From Gammaproteobacteria bacterium (GTDB taxonomy: Bacteria; Pseudomonadota; Gammaproteobacteria; Competibacterales; Competibacteraceae), in NCBI GenBank assembly GCA_024235095.1, contig JACKNC010000003.1:228904-292903 (forward strand): a stretch of 64,000 nucleotides of DNA, in the 5' to 3' direction. Below, piece by piece: positions 28,935 through 38,833 of the stretch; the stretch's first letter is position 1, and each line of letters opens with the position of its first letter. Below the pieces are notes generated by a model. The model did no database searches, was not told the DNA's origin, and saw only the letters and a list, made by a program, of their open reading frames with translations. Position numbers and translations under genes: made by a program.

Positions 28935-29574
28935 TTGACAATAGAGCGAGGTTTCCCATCTATCAGTTTCGGCTTAACGCCTTCACCAGACTTTCGATAT
29001 TTCAAATGAATACAATAGCTAATATTCTGACCAAACATCTGCTGATCTAGCTTTAACCCCTTCCGTGATTAAGAATCACAGCTCGGCCCTGTCACTTTGC
29101 GGCGTAATGGCGCCAGCGATTTTCGGCGTAATGGCGCCACCACCAAGTACTGAAATCAGGGGTTCGAACGCACCTCAAGAATGGCTGTTTTTAGGGTTCT
29201 GTTGCGTTAATTTTTTTCGAGCACGATTGGGTAACCCTTGCAGGTTATTAGGCAGCCAGTGAATAAAATTGTCCTGCGGCGGAGAGATTCGTCCCTTCGG
29301 CCATGATCATTTGGCCCTTCTTGATCATGTGCAGGAGTTCGATGCCCCGCAGGGTGGTCCGAGCAGAATGAAAGCCTTTGAACCCCAGCATGGGGCGAAC
29401 GATCCGTTTAACGGCGCGATGATCTTGTTCCACTAAATTATTTAAGTACTTGTTTTGGCGAATCTCAATGGCGGCGCCCGTCTCCTCCTGGAGTGCATCC
29501 AGGGCAGCGGTGTTAGCGCCACTCTTATCGATCGTGACTTTGTCCGGAAGACCGTGCTGCCGTATCGCCTTTTT

Positions 29575-29886
29575 GGGTAGTTTTGCACAACGCCCCGAAA
29601 AGGAGCATTCCAACAAAGTTGCAAAAACCTCTTGCCATTCCCATAGGTTTTGAAAGTGGTTTATGAAAGTATTTAGTGTTTGTTTTGTAAGTGATATGTA
29701 AAATCTTGCGAAAATGTCCGTTTTTGAAAGCTGAACACTTACAAGGGTTCTGGTTTAACTTCTTTGCAGTATGATTTATAAGAGAGAATTTATCCTTAAA
29801 TAAATCTACAATTCAATATTTTGGTTTATTTGCCCGTCGGCTCTCAAGTTTTGAAATACACCTTTTCGGGGCGTTGTGCAAAAACA
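29575..29886 (-). mobile_element. MITE copy 2 (inverted relative to copy 1); its last 10 nt lie at 31192-31201 beyond the IS1 insertion
   Basis: Colinear with the reverse complement of 11477-11791. The terminal AATAACACCC after the IS1 element matches the MITE end AAAAACACCC. Confidence 0.8.
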
Positions 29887-31191
29887 GGTGGTGTCCCTCA
29901 GTTTACGTGATGAGCTAAGCCAGTGACGACGACAACATGTATCCTCATTGTGATTGTGGTGTTAATCACTGACCGGGGATCTTATGAAGTGGGAAACGCT
30001 CTACTGCCCCAATCGTTCCTGTCACCACTACGGTCGGCCCTTTGGTCAAGGGTTGTTGGTCAAAAATGGTTCCAGTCACGGGAAAAAGCAGGCGTTGTGT
30101 CGTTCGTGCGGGAGGAGAGTGTCCTTGACGTACGGAACTGCGTATTTTGACCTCGAGGCCGACCCCGCCGTTTTCGAACTGGCGATGCGGGCGTTGGCGG
30201 AGGGAAATTCCATCCAGGGTACGGCACGAATCGTCCAGATCGACAAGGATACGGTTTGTGCGTGGTTGACTCGGGCCGCCCAGCAATGTCGTTTGGTGGT
30301 TTTGTCCCATTGGCGCGAGCTGACGGTGACCGAGTGTCAACTGGATGAATTGTGGAGCTTTGTCCATACCAAGGACCAGAATCTGCCGATGGCGCAGCAA
30401 TGGTGCGAGACGGATGGCGATGCTTGGGTGTGGGTCGCCTTTGCGCCCGAATGGCGCCTGGTGGTAGGGTTTGTCGTGGGCCAGCGCACGCAGGCTCAGG
30501 CGAACCTGCTCCTGGAGCGCGTGGTGTATGTGACCGACGATCACGTCCCCTTCTTTACTAGCGACCAATGGCCGGGCTATCCCAGCGCCTTGCTCCATGC
30601 CTATGGGGAATGGTATCAGCCCGAGCGCCAAGGGACGCGAGGACGATATCCGGCCCCACGGTGCCGCCCACCGCCGAATTTGCTGTATGCTCAAGTGGTT
30701 AAGCGACGTGAAAAAGGACGGGTGGTCGAGGTGACCCGTAAGAGGGTCTGGGGAAGCGCGGACGAGCTTCAGGCGCGATTGGCCGCATCCGCCACCAGCA
30801 CGACGATCAACACGAGCTTTGTGGAGCGGGATAACCTGGCCTGGCGCGAACACAATCGGCGGTTGGCTCGCAAGACGACCGCGTTTTCCAAGCAACGGTC
30901 GTGGATGGAAAAGCAGGTGTGGCTGTCGTTGGCTTACTACCATTTCTGCTTGCCCCACCTGAGCCTGCGTGAGGAATTGCCCACCCCGGAACCGACCCGA
31001 GGCAACGGATCGCCCCGTAAATGGCGGCCTGTCACGCCGGCCATGGCGGCGGGGATGACCGATCATATCTGGACCACGGCGGAGTTGCTGGGCTTTCGGG
31101 TACCCGCACCGTTTCTGAATACCTTGGAAACCATCAAACACTTGTTCCCCGCACTCGACGATGCTCATCACGTAAACTGAGGGACACCACC
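29887..31191 (+). mobile_element. IS1-family element, type 2 (1305 bp, single long ORF)
   Basis: Perfect 29-bp inverted repeats GGTGGTGTCCCTCAGTTTACGTGATGAGC at both ends. Imperfect 7-bp flank duplication AAAAACA / AATAACA. Confidence 0.85.
29984..31180 (+). CDS. IS1-family transposase (fused InsAB-type)
   Basis: N-terminal Zn finger 'CPNRSCHHYG...CRSCGRRV', then 'QLDELWSFVHTK...WVWVAF...FTSDQWPGY...FVERDNLAWREHNRRLARKTTAFSK'. Confidence 0.85.
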   Translation: MKWETLYCPNRSCHHYGRPFGQGLLVKNGSSHGKKQALCRSCGRRVSLTYGTAYFDLEADPAVFELAMRALAEGNSIQGTARIVQIDKDTVCAWLTRAAQQCRLVVLSHWRELTVTECQLDELWSFVHTKDQNLPMAQQWCETDGDAWVWVAFAPEWRLVVGFVVGQRTQAQANLLLERVVYVTDDHVPFFTSDQWPGYPSALLHAYGEWYQPERQGTRGRYPAPRCRPPPNLLYAQVVKRREKGRVVEVTRKRVWGSADELQARLAASATSTTINTSFVERDNLAWREHNRRLARKTTAFSKQRSWMEKQVWLSLAYYHFCLPHLSLREELPTPEPTRGNGSPRKWRPVTPAMAAGMTDHIWTTAELLGFRVPAPFLNTLETIKHLFPALDDAHHVN

Positions 31192-31640
31192 AATAACACC
31201 CTTTTTGAGAAAGCGCAGGGCGGCTTTCTTATCGCGATGCGCCGTGAACAGGAAGTCGATCGTCTGGCCGTCTCGATCAACCGCGCGGTAGAGGTACTTC
31301 CACTGGCCTTTGACCTTAATGTAGGTCTCATCCATCCGCCAACTTGTGCCCACCGGGCGCTTTTGTCCTTTGCGGAAAGCCGCTTCCAACTGCGGCGTAA
31401 ACTTCTGGACCCAGCGGTAGACGCTGGAATGATCCACGTCGACACCCCGCTCCGCCAGCATCTCTTCCAGGTTCCGATAGCTCAACGGATAGGCGAGGTA
31501 CCAACGGACACTCGTTAGGATGATGTCTCGTTCAAAGCGGTGGCCTCTAAAATCGATCATGCGGGTTCTCAAGTCAGGACAGGGGCCGTGTAGCTTACCG
31601 AAATCCGACCCTATCAGCTAACGCAACAGAACCTGAATAC

Positions 31641-32447
31641 GGTTCTGTTGCGTTAATTTTTTTCGAGCACGATTGGGTAACCCTTGCAGGTTATTAGGCA
31701 GCCAGTGAATAAAATTGTCCTGCGGCGGAGAGATTCGTCCCTTCGGCCATGATCATTTGGCCCTTCTTGATCATGTGCAGGAGTTCGATGCCCCGCAGGG
31801 TGGTCCGAGCAGAATGAAAGCCTTTGAACCCCAGCATGGGGCGGACGATCCGTTTAACGGCGCGATGATCTTGTTCCACTAAATTATTTAAGTACTTGTT
31901 TTGGCGAATCTCAATGGCGGCGCCCGTCTCCTCCTGGAGTGCATCCAGGGCAGCGGTGTTAGCGCCACTCTTATCGATCGTGACTTTGTCCGGAAGACCG
32001 TGCTGCCGTATCGCCTTTTTGAGAAAGCGCAGGGCGGCTTTCTTATCGCGATGCGCCGTGAACAGGAAGTCGATCGTCTGGCCGTCTCGATCAACCGCGC
32101 GGTAGAGGTACTTCCACTGGCCTTTGACCTTAATGTAGGTCTCATCCATCCGCCAACTTGTGCCCACCGGGCGCTTTTGTCCTTTGCGGAAAGCCGCTTC
32201 CAACTGCGGCGTAAACTTCTGGACCCAGCGGTAGACGCTGGAATGATCCACGTCGACACCCCGCTCCGCCAGCATCTCTTCCAGGTTCCGATAGCTCAAC
32301 GGATAGGCGAGGTACCAACGGACACTCGTTAGGATGATGTCTCGTTCAAAGCGGTGGCCTCTAAAATCGATCATGCGGGTTCTCAAGTCAGGACAGGGGC
32401 CGTGTAGCTTACCGAAATCCGACCCTATCAGCTAACGCAACAGAACC
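31641..32447 (-). mobile_element. IS6-family element, copy 7 (intact), head-to-tail with copy 6 across a 7-bp spacer TGAATAC
   Basis: Inverted repeats at 31641-31655 and 32433-32447. The spacer is at 31634-31640. Confidence 0.9.
31694..32386 (-). CDS. IS6-family transposase
   Basis: 230-aa translation identical to 2265-2957. Confidence 0.9.
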   Translation of the reverse strand: MRTRMIDFRGHRFERDIILTSVRWYLAYPLSYRNLEEMLAERGVDVDHSSVYRWVQKFTPQLEAAFRKGQKRPVGTSWRMDETYIKVKGQWKYLYRAVDRDGQTIDFLFTAHRDKKAALRFLKKAIRQHGLPDKVTIDKSGANTAALDALQEETGAAIEIRQNKYLNNLVEQDHRAVKRIVRPMLGFKGFHSARTTLRGIELLHMIKKGQMIMAEGTNLSAAGQFYSLAA

Positions 32448-32569
32448 TGATGGAGGCTTGCGAAATCCTGTTCGGTGACCAGGCCCGGCAAAAGTACCTG
32501 GAGTATTTCCCCGAATCCTCGATGGAGCGCCATGCGAAATCTCATCCAACCACCTCCGATGCCGCCTGA
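32448..32569 (+). pseudogene. glpD: Detached 3' end (last 39 codons) of the glycerol-3-phosphate dehydrogenase gene whose body lies inverted at 34607-35923
   Basis: It starts with TGATGGAG, the reverse complement of CTCCATCA at 34607-34614. Joining the two restores '...NAEGLME|ACEILFGDQARQKYLEYF...' in frame to the TGA at 32567. Confidence 0.7.
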
Positions 32570-32604
32570 AAAATGACAGAAACCTATTCATCAAAGGAGA
32601 CCCT

Positions 32605-32844
32605 GTGATGATGATCCCTTTTCTTGGCGAAGTGATCGGTACGGCCCTGCTGATTCTGCTGGGCGACGGCGTCGTGGCGAACGTGGTGCTCAATGAAACT
32701 AAAGGCAAGGACAGCGGTTGGATCGTGATTACCTGGGGCTGGACGATGGCGGTGTTCGTCGCCGTGTTCACCGTGGCGGCGTTCAGCGGCGCGCATCTCA
32801 ACCCGGCGGTGTCCGTCGGTCTGGCGATCGCCGGCAAATTTGAA
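32605..32844 (+). pseudogene. glpF: N-terminal fragment of an aquaglyceroporin (GlpF/MIP family), cut by the IS6 type B end
   Basis: 'FLGEVIGTALLILLGDGVVA...SGAHLNPAVSVGLAIAGKF' carries the first NPA motif. The frame runs into the inverted repeat at 32845. Confidence 0.8.
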
Positions 32845-33532
32845 GGTTGTGTTGCGTTATTTTAAGACAGATAGGATTCTGACTTTCTCCATGTGAAATT
32901 AGGCGGCCAAGGAATAGAATTGCTCGGCAGGGGATAACCCCTGCTCGTCGACGGTGAGCATCTGCCCTTTTTTGATCATGTGCATCAGTTCGATGCCTTG
33001 CAGGGTCACTCGGGCGGAACGGAAGGATTGGAATCCCAACATCGGCCGGACGATGCGTTTAACCGCGCGATGATCCTGTTCGATTAAATTGTTTAAGTAC
33101 TTGTTTTGGCGAATCTCAATGGCGTGACCGGTTTCCTCTTTCAGGGCCTCAATCGCCGTAGTATTCGCGTCGCTCTTGTCGATCGTGACCTTATCCGGAA
33201 GGCTGTGCTGCCGTACCGCCTTCTTGAAAAAACGGAGCGCGGCTTTCTCTTATCACGATGCGCCGTGAGCAAGAAGTCGATCGTCTGACCGTCCCGATCA
33301 ACCGCACGGTAGAGATACTTCCATTGGCTCTTGATCTTGATATACGTCTCATCCACCCGCCAACGGTTGCCTACAGGCCACTTGTTGCCTTTGCGGAAGA
33401 CCGCTTCCAGTTGGGGGGTGAACTTCTGGACCCAGCGGTAAACACTGGAGTGATCCACGTCGACGCCGCGCTCCGCCCGCATCTCTTCCAAGTTCCGATA
33501 ACTCAACGGGTACGCCAAATACCAACGGACAC
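32845..33532 (-). pseudogene. IS6-family type B element, 5'-truncated and frameshifted
   Basis: Inverted repeat GGTTGTGTTGCGTTA at 32845. The translated pieces parallel 13843-14528 but diverge from it. Homology stops at '..VRWYLAYPLSY'. Confidence 0.75.
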
Positions 33533-33799
33533 CATCGTCGATGTAGTCGAGGGTGTAGAGGGTGCGACAGATGTTGTCGAGCTCTGCCAAGGCCTTCTTG
33601 GTCCGGTTCTGCCGGGCATAGGCGTTCAGTTTCCGCACCATAGTGGCTTGCGTCACGTCCTTTTGAGCCAGGGAGACCATGATGCGCTGGATGTTCGGCC
33701 ACTCGCTGCAGATCAGCGACTCGAGCACCTGGCGCGACGGCTTGATGAGGCTGTCGGCATAGTGCTTCGAATGCCGGAATCCGACCAGGCTCTCGGTCT
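33533..33799 (-). pseudogene. Internal fragment of a second Tn3-family transposase
   Basis: 'SEWPNIQRIMVSLAQKDVTQATMVRKLNAYARQNRTKKALAELDNICRTLYTLDYIDD' parallels 18345-18520 but is not identical. Confidence 0.7.
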
Positions 33800-34606
33800 G
33801 GTTCTGTTGCGTTAGCTGATAGGGTCGGATTTCGGTAAGCTACACGGCCCCTGTCCTGACTTGAGAACCCGCATGATCGATTTTAGAGGCCACCGCTTTG
33901 AACGAGACATCATCCTAACGAGTGTCCGTTGGTACCTCGCCTATCCGTTGAGCTATCGGAACCTGGAAGAGATGCTGGCGGAGCGGGGTGTCGACGTGGA
34001 TCATTCCAGCGTCTACCGCTGGGTCCAGAAGTTTACGCCGCAGTTGGAAGCGGCTTTCCGCAAAGGACAAAAGCGCCCGGTGGGCACAAGTTGGCGGATG
34101 GATGAGACCTACATTAAGGTCAAAGGCCAGTGGAAGTACCTCTACCGCGCGGTTGATCGAGACGGCCAGACGATCGACTTCCTGTTCACGGCGCATCGCG
34201 ATAAGAAAGCCGCCCTGCGCTTTCTCAAAAAGGCGATACGGCAGCACGGTCTTCCGGACAAAGTCACGATCGATAAGAGTGGCGCTAACACCGCTGCCCT
34301 GGATGCACTCCAGGAGGAGACGGGCGCCGCCATTGAGATTCGCCAAAACAAGTACTTAAATAATTTAGTGGAACAAGATCATCGCGCCGTTAAACGGATC
34401 GTCCGCCCCATGCTGGGGTTCAAAGGCTTTCATTCTGCTCGGACCACCCTGCGGGGCATCGAACTCCTGCACATGATCAAGAAGGGCCAAATGATCATGG
34501 CCGAAGGGACGAATCTCTCCGCCGCAGGACAATTTTATTCACTGGCTGCCTAATAACCTGCAAGGGTTACCCAATCGTGCTCGAAAAAAATTAACGCAAC
34601 AGAACC
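33800..34606 (+). mobile_element. IS6-family element, copy 8 (intact)
   Basis: Inverted repeats at 33800-33814 and 34592-34606. The right flank CTCCATCA is the reverse complement of the flank of copy 7. Confidence 0.9.
33861..34553 (+). CDS. IS6-family transposase
   Basis: 230-aa translation identical to 2265-2957. Confidence 0.9.
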   Translation: MRTRMIDFRGHRFERDIILTSVRWYLAYPLSYRNLEEMLAERGVDVDHSSVYRWVQKFTPQLEAAFRKGQKRPVGTSWRMDETYIKVKGQWKYLYRAVDRDGQTIDFLFTAHRDKKAALRFLKKAIRQHGLPDKVTIDKSGANTAALDALQEETGAAIEIRQNKYLNNLVEQDHRAVKRIVRPMLGFKGFHSARTTLRGIELLHMIKKGQMIMAEGTNLSAAGQFYSLAA

Positions 34607-35923
34607 CTCCATCAAGCCTTCCGCGTTACGAATGTATTTTCGGTGGATCACCAGGGCGATCTTGGAGCGCCGGCGCAGGAAGTCTTCCAGCTTGACAATC
34701 ATTTCCTGACGCTTAGCGAGCCGAATTTCGCAGCGGAGATAGTCTGTGCCTTTGATCAGCACCTCCGCTTGGCGCGGGTCTTCGCGGATTTCGGCGAGCA
34801 GTTCCAGCGCCTGCTGGTCGTAGCGCCGCCACAGTCGGCTGCTGAGGTTCTCAATCGATTCCGGCGAGGTGTAGCTGTCCAGATTCATCAGCTTGGCTTG
34901 ATGGTGATATTCCTCGCGCACGGAGGCATGCGGTTCGCCGTACCACTTATAACCGCGATGCGGCAGGGCAACGCCAAGTTGGGCGACGATGTCCGAGACC
35001 TCATCGCCGACGTTGACGCAGTCGGTCAACTTGCCGCCGAAGATGCTCAGATGCGCCCTGGTCCGATCCACGTTGATTTCATGCTTGCGGGACAATTGCA
35101 GCCAGTCGCGGACGTTGCCGTCAGCCTTGGCCTTGACCACCAATGGCCGCACGCCGCAACGCTCGGCGATGATGTCGGCGCGGATCAGCGGTCGCTCCAG
35201 ATTCAGGCGCTTGTTGATGTTGTCCAGCACAAACTGGCGGTCTTCATCCGTGACTTCGGTGAACGGCGACTCGACGCGGGTATCGGTGGTGCCGATGCAG
35301 GTGCGCACCCCCATTGGGATGACGAAGAACAGCCGTCCATCGTCGGCAAAAAAAGTCAGAATCCGTTGATGCGGGGTAATCCGAGGCACGATCAGATGGA
35401 TGCCCTTGGAAAACATATGATGGTGTTCGGTCTCCTCGCCGGTCAGCGCATTGTGCTCATCCACGAACGGGCCGGCGGCGTTGATCAGCACCCTGGCCCG
35501 AATGGCCATTTCCCGACCGTCAATGACATCCCGCGCTCGCGTGATCCACTGATCGCCCTCACGGCGCGCGCCCAGCGATTCCACATAGTTGGCGGCGATA
35601 CACCCGCGATCCATCGCCGAGCGCACGAACTGGAACACGAAGCGCGAATCATTATCATGCAGGTAGGCGTCGGAATATTCGAAACCCCCGGCGGCGTTGT
35701 CGGTCTTCACCACCGGTTCTCCCCGCTGGATGGTGCGTTTGAAAAACAGGCGTGGGATTCGAGTGAACCCGTTGCCAAACAGCCAGTACACCCAGGTTCC
35801 CGCCCATAGAAACAGCGGATGAAAGCGGAACCCTTTATCGATGGTGGCAAAGAAGCGGATTTCCTGGACCCGCGACGGGTAACTGCGAATCAGATGATTG
35901 CGGCTCAGGCACAGCTTGCGGAC
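34607..35923 (-). pseudogene. glpD: FAD-dependent glycerol-3-phosphate dehydrogenase/oxidase, lacking its N-terminus (IS630 copy 3) and its last 39 codons (IS6 copy 8)
   Basis: '...RVLINAAGPFVDE...SKGIHLIVP...DGRLFFVIPMGVRTCIGTTDT...ERCGVRPLV...EDFLRRRSKIAL' is typical of GlpD/GlpO. Confidence 0.75.
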
Positions 35924-37170
35924 TAGTGGGCTGACACAGAAGTTTTGACAGGTAGCGGTGGGTGCCCTATGGTTGAGATCAACAGGAGGAATCACCATGG
36001 CCCACAAGTATCTGGTTGATCTAACTGAAGAGGAGCGGGAAGACCTGCTGAAGGTCATTCATAAAGGCAAGGCAGCGGCGCGCAAGGTTGCCCGTGCCCA
36101 TGTGTTGCTGCAGGCTGCGGAAGGGGCGACGGATGAGGCCATTGCCCAAAGCCTTCACTTGGGGATTTCGACCGTTCATCGTACCCGTCAACGGTTTGTC
36201 GACGAAGGGTTGCTGGCGGCGTTAAGCGAGCGGCCACGAGTCGGTTTGCCCCCGGCCTTGACCGGCAAACAGGCCGCCTTTCTGGTCGCCTTGGCCTGTA
36301 GTACCCCGCCCGCTGGCCGTTGTCAGTGGACTCTCCAATTGTTAGCGGACCGCTTCATGGAACTCCGGCCCATCGAAGCCATTTCCCGTGAGAGTGTGCG
36401 GCGCATCCTTAAAAAAACGACCTCAAACCCTGGCAACGTCAAGAATGGTGTATTCCCAGTGTCAGTCCCGATTATGTTTGGCATATGGAGGATGTGTTGG
36501 ACCTGTACGCCGAACCCGATGATCCTCAATACCCCCAAGTGTGCTTCGATGAAAGTCCGGTGCAATTGACCAGCGAAACCCGCTGTCCTCAACCCGCCCG
36601 CCCGGGTCAACCGGCGCGCTATGACTGTGAATACAAACGCGAAGGCACCGCCAATTTATTTCTATTCGTACAACCCTTGCGCGGGTGGCGTCATGTTAAT
36701 GTCACGAAACAGCGCACCAAACGCGATTTTGCCCAGCAAATGCAGCAACTCGTTGATGTGTACTTTCCGAAGGCGGAGCGAATCCGGTTGGTCGTGGATA
36801 ACCTCAATACCCACACTCCTGCGGCCTTGTATAGTGTCTTTTCTCCAGAGGAAGCCCGCCGGATCACCCGCAAGCTCGAATTTCATTACACCCCCAAGCA
36901 TGGCAGTTGGCTCAATATGGCGGAATGTGAGTTCGCTGTTCTCGCCGGCCAGTGTTTGAATCGCCGCATTGCGAACCTCGAAACTTTGCGGAAGGAAATC
37001 GCCGCTTGGCAAGGCCCACGCAACCTACGTCAGACCAAAATCCACTGGCAGTTCGGCACCGACTTGGCCCGGGTCAAACTCAAGCGCCTCTATCCTCCCT
37101 TGAAATCTTCTGAAACCCCGGTGGACCTAGAAACCTCTGAACCTGTCAAAACTTCTGTGTCAGCCCACTA
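35924..37170 (+). mobile_element. IS630-family element, type A, copy 3
   Basis: Same inverted repeats and length as copies 1 and 2. Confidence 0.9.
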
Positions 37171-37171
37171 G
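35997..37171 (+). CDS. IS630-family transposase (-1 frameshift required)
   Basis: ORF translations are identical to copy 1. Confidence 0.8.
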
Positions 37172-37176
37172 ACCAG

Positions 37177-38415
37177 TTGCCGCGCCTTTTGCCCAAGATT
37201 CAGCGCTCCTATCCCCTGGCCACCATGCCCACGGTCATTGACGCCCTGGACCAAGAGCGCGATACCTGGATTTCCCAAGCCGAGTTCATCAAACCCAATC
37301 GCCGGGTAGTTTATCTGCTACGGCTCAATCTCTGTTTTGTCGATTTAGATACCTATAAAACCCCCTGGGCGGGCACTCCGCCTGAATCACTCTCTCAGCG
37401 CGTTCAAGGCTACTGCCTGGATGAAGATATTCCTTCGCCCTCACTCATCCTCTACAGCGGGCGTGGCCTGCAAGTAAAGTGGCTCCTGGAGCGACCCTTA
37501 CCACGAGCGGCGCTACCGCGCTGGAATGCGGTACAAAAGCAATTGATAGTGTTCCTCGAACCCTTCGGGGCCGATTCAGGGGCACGGGATGCCTCCCGCC
37601 TCTTGAGGCTGGTAGACACTGTCAATACCCGCTCTGGGGAGCGCGTGCGCGTGCTCTGGGTCAATGAGCAGGCCGGGGAAGTCAAGCACTACAACTTCGA
37701 GTATCTCGCTGAAACGGTCTTGCCGCTTGGGCGGGAAGCCGTCAAGGAACGTAAAGAAGATCGCCGCACTCATTTAGTCGTCATTCCCGGCACCAAAACC
37801 GGCAACCTTCGTGCTTTCTCTGGGCGGCAATTGGCCTGGGACCGGCTGGAAGATTTACGAACCCTTGCCAAGCTCCGAGGCTGGACTGAGCACGGCATTC
37901 CCCACGGCTACCGGTCCAAATACATCCATTGGTGTTTGAACTTCCTTCTCCTTTCTGGCGCGGTACATTCCAGCCAACTGTTTCAGGAGGCCCAGGCGCT
38001 GGTAAGGGAAGTCTGCCCCGACTTCAATAAGGAAATCCGTTCCATCCTCTCGACCCTCTACCGCAAGGCGCAAGCCTACGAAGCAGGAGAAAAGGTTGAG
38101 TTTGGTGGTCGGAAATACCCGCCGCTCTATACCCCCAAAAACAGCACGCTCCAGGAGCTGTTCGATATTACCGATGTAGAAACCCCACACCTGAAGACCA
38201 TCATCTCGCCAGCGGAAGCAGCGGAACGGGATGCAGGCCGAAAACGAGAACAGCGCCAGCGTTCAGGGGCTATGGATCGAGCCACCTATCTGGAAACAGC
38301 AGAGCAGCGACGGGTTGAAGCCCGGCTTAGACGGGCAAGAGGAGAATCCCTACGGCAGATTGCTACAGCTTTAGGTGTAAGCCATGAAGCCGTCCGCAAA
38401 ATGCTCAAGGTGTAG
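37177..38415 (+). CDS. Replication protein of the archaeo-eukaryotic primase (AEP/Prim-Pol) superfamily with a C-terminal HTH; the N-terminus may be clipped by IS630
   Basis: AEP motifs 'CFVDLDTYK' (DxD), 'YSGRGLQVKW' (sGxGxH-like) and 'DASRLLRLVDTVNTRSG'. C-terminal 'SLRQIATALGVSHEAVRKMLK'. The TTG start lies 6 nt after the IS end. Confidence 0.6.
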   Translation: MPRLLPKIQRSYPLATMPTVIDALDQERDTWISQAEFIKPNRRVVYLLRLNLCFVDLDTYKTPWAGTPPESLSQRVQGYCLDEDIPSPSLILYSGRGLQVKWLLERPLPRAALPRWNAVQKQLIVFLEPFGADSGARDASRLLRLVDTVNTRSGERVRVLWVNEQAGEVKHYNFEYLAETVLPLGREAVKERKEDRRTHLVVIPGTKTGNLRAFSGRQLAWDRLEDLRTLAKLRGWTEHGIPHGYRSKYIHWCLNFLLLSGAVHSSQLFQEAQALVREVCPDFNKEIRSILSTLYRKAQAYEAGEKVEFGGRKYPPLYTPKNSTLQELFDITDVETPHLKTIISPAEAAERDAGRKREQRQRSGAMDRATYLETAEQRRVEARLRRARGESLRQIATALGVSHEAVRKMLKV

Positions 38416-38533
38416 GTGTCAACAGTCCGTCCGTATTACTAGTGGCGTAGCCCTTGGGTTGTTGGGGTGTGCGGTGCCGTGGCTGGAGGGTTGCTGGCTT
38501 AGTGGTGTCAACAGTCCTTCGTATTACTGGTGG
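38415..38533 (+). repeat. Two ~30-bp direct repeats GGTGTCAACAGTCC(G)T(C/T)CGTATTACT(A/G)GTGG, 89 bp apart, immediately 3' of the rep gene (iteron-like)
   Basis: Copies at 38415-38445 and 38504-38533, differing by one indel and one substitution. Confidence 0.55.
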
Positions 38534-38833
38534 TGTGGTTCTGCTCTGTGTCTGCTAGCTTTTATATCGTCGTGCTGTACTGCTTGGTGTGCGTGATCTT
38601 GGTAGTCCTGTGCTTTCGGGGTGTATTTCTTATTGGTGGTCTTTGGTAAATGCTGACGCCAAGCCAGGGATGGCGATCGGTTCCCGCTCATCCATGAGCG
38701 AGAACCGTGGCGTCCCCGCCAGGATGGCGGCTTGGCCACGCTGACAGGGATGTGGTGCTCGGGTGTGCTTCCTTATTTGGGCTAATCTTGTCGGGAATCA
38801 ATGTTGCTTTGGAATTCTTGCTCGTGATATCTG

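Larger units (their letters stand above)
29195..31633 (-). mobile_element. IS6-family element, copy 6, disrupted by a MITE that is itself disrupted by an IS1-family element
   Basis: IS6 right-end side 29195-29574 and left-end side 31207-31633 are separated by the MITE and IS1. TTTTT is duplicated at 29570-29574 and 31202-31206. Confidence 0.85.

Noticed and set aside
29100-29169. Direct repeat CGGCGTAATGGCGCCA x2 (24-bp period) followed by GGTTCGAAC, considered as a mini CRISPR array or a tRNA 3' half
   Set aside because: There are only two repeat units and no further spacers. Around GGTTCGAA I could not pair a T-stem or acceptor stem, so there is no tRNA or CRISPR support.
29966-31171. 401-aa ORF on the minus strand, nearly as long as the plus-strand ORF it overlaps
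   Set aside because: The plus-strand frame carries clear IS1-family transposase motifs. The minus-strand product is low-complexity and Arg/Pro/Gly-rich with no motif, which is the typical antisense shadow of a GC-rich gene.
34643-35809. 388-aa plus-strand ORF across the glpD fragment
   Set aside because: It is antisense to a frame with strong GlpD similarity. Its translation is Ala/Gly/Arg-rich with no recognisable motif.
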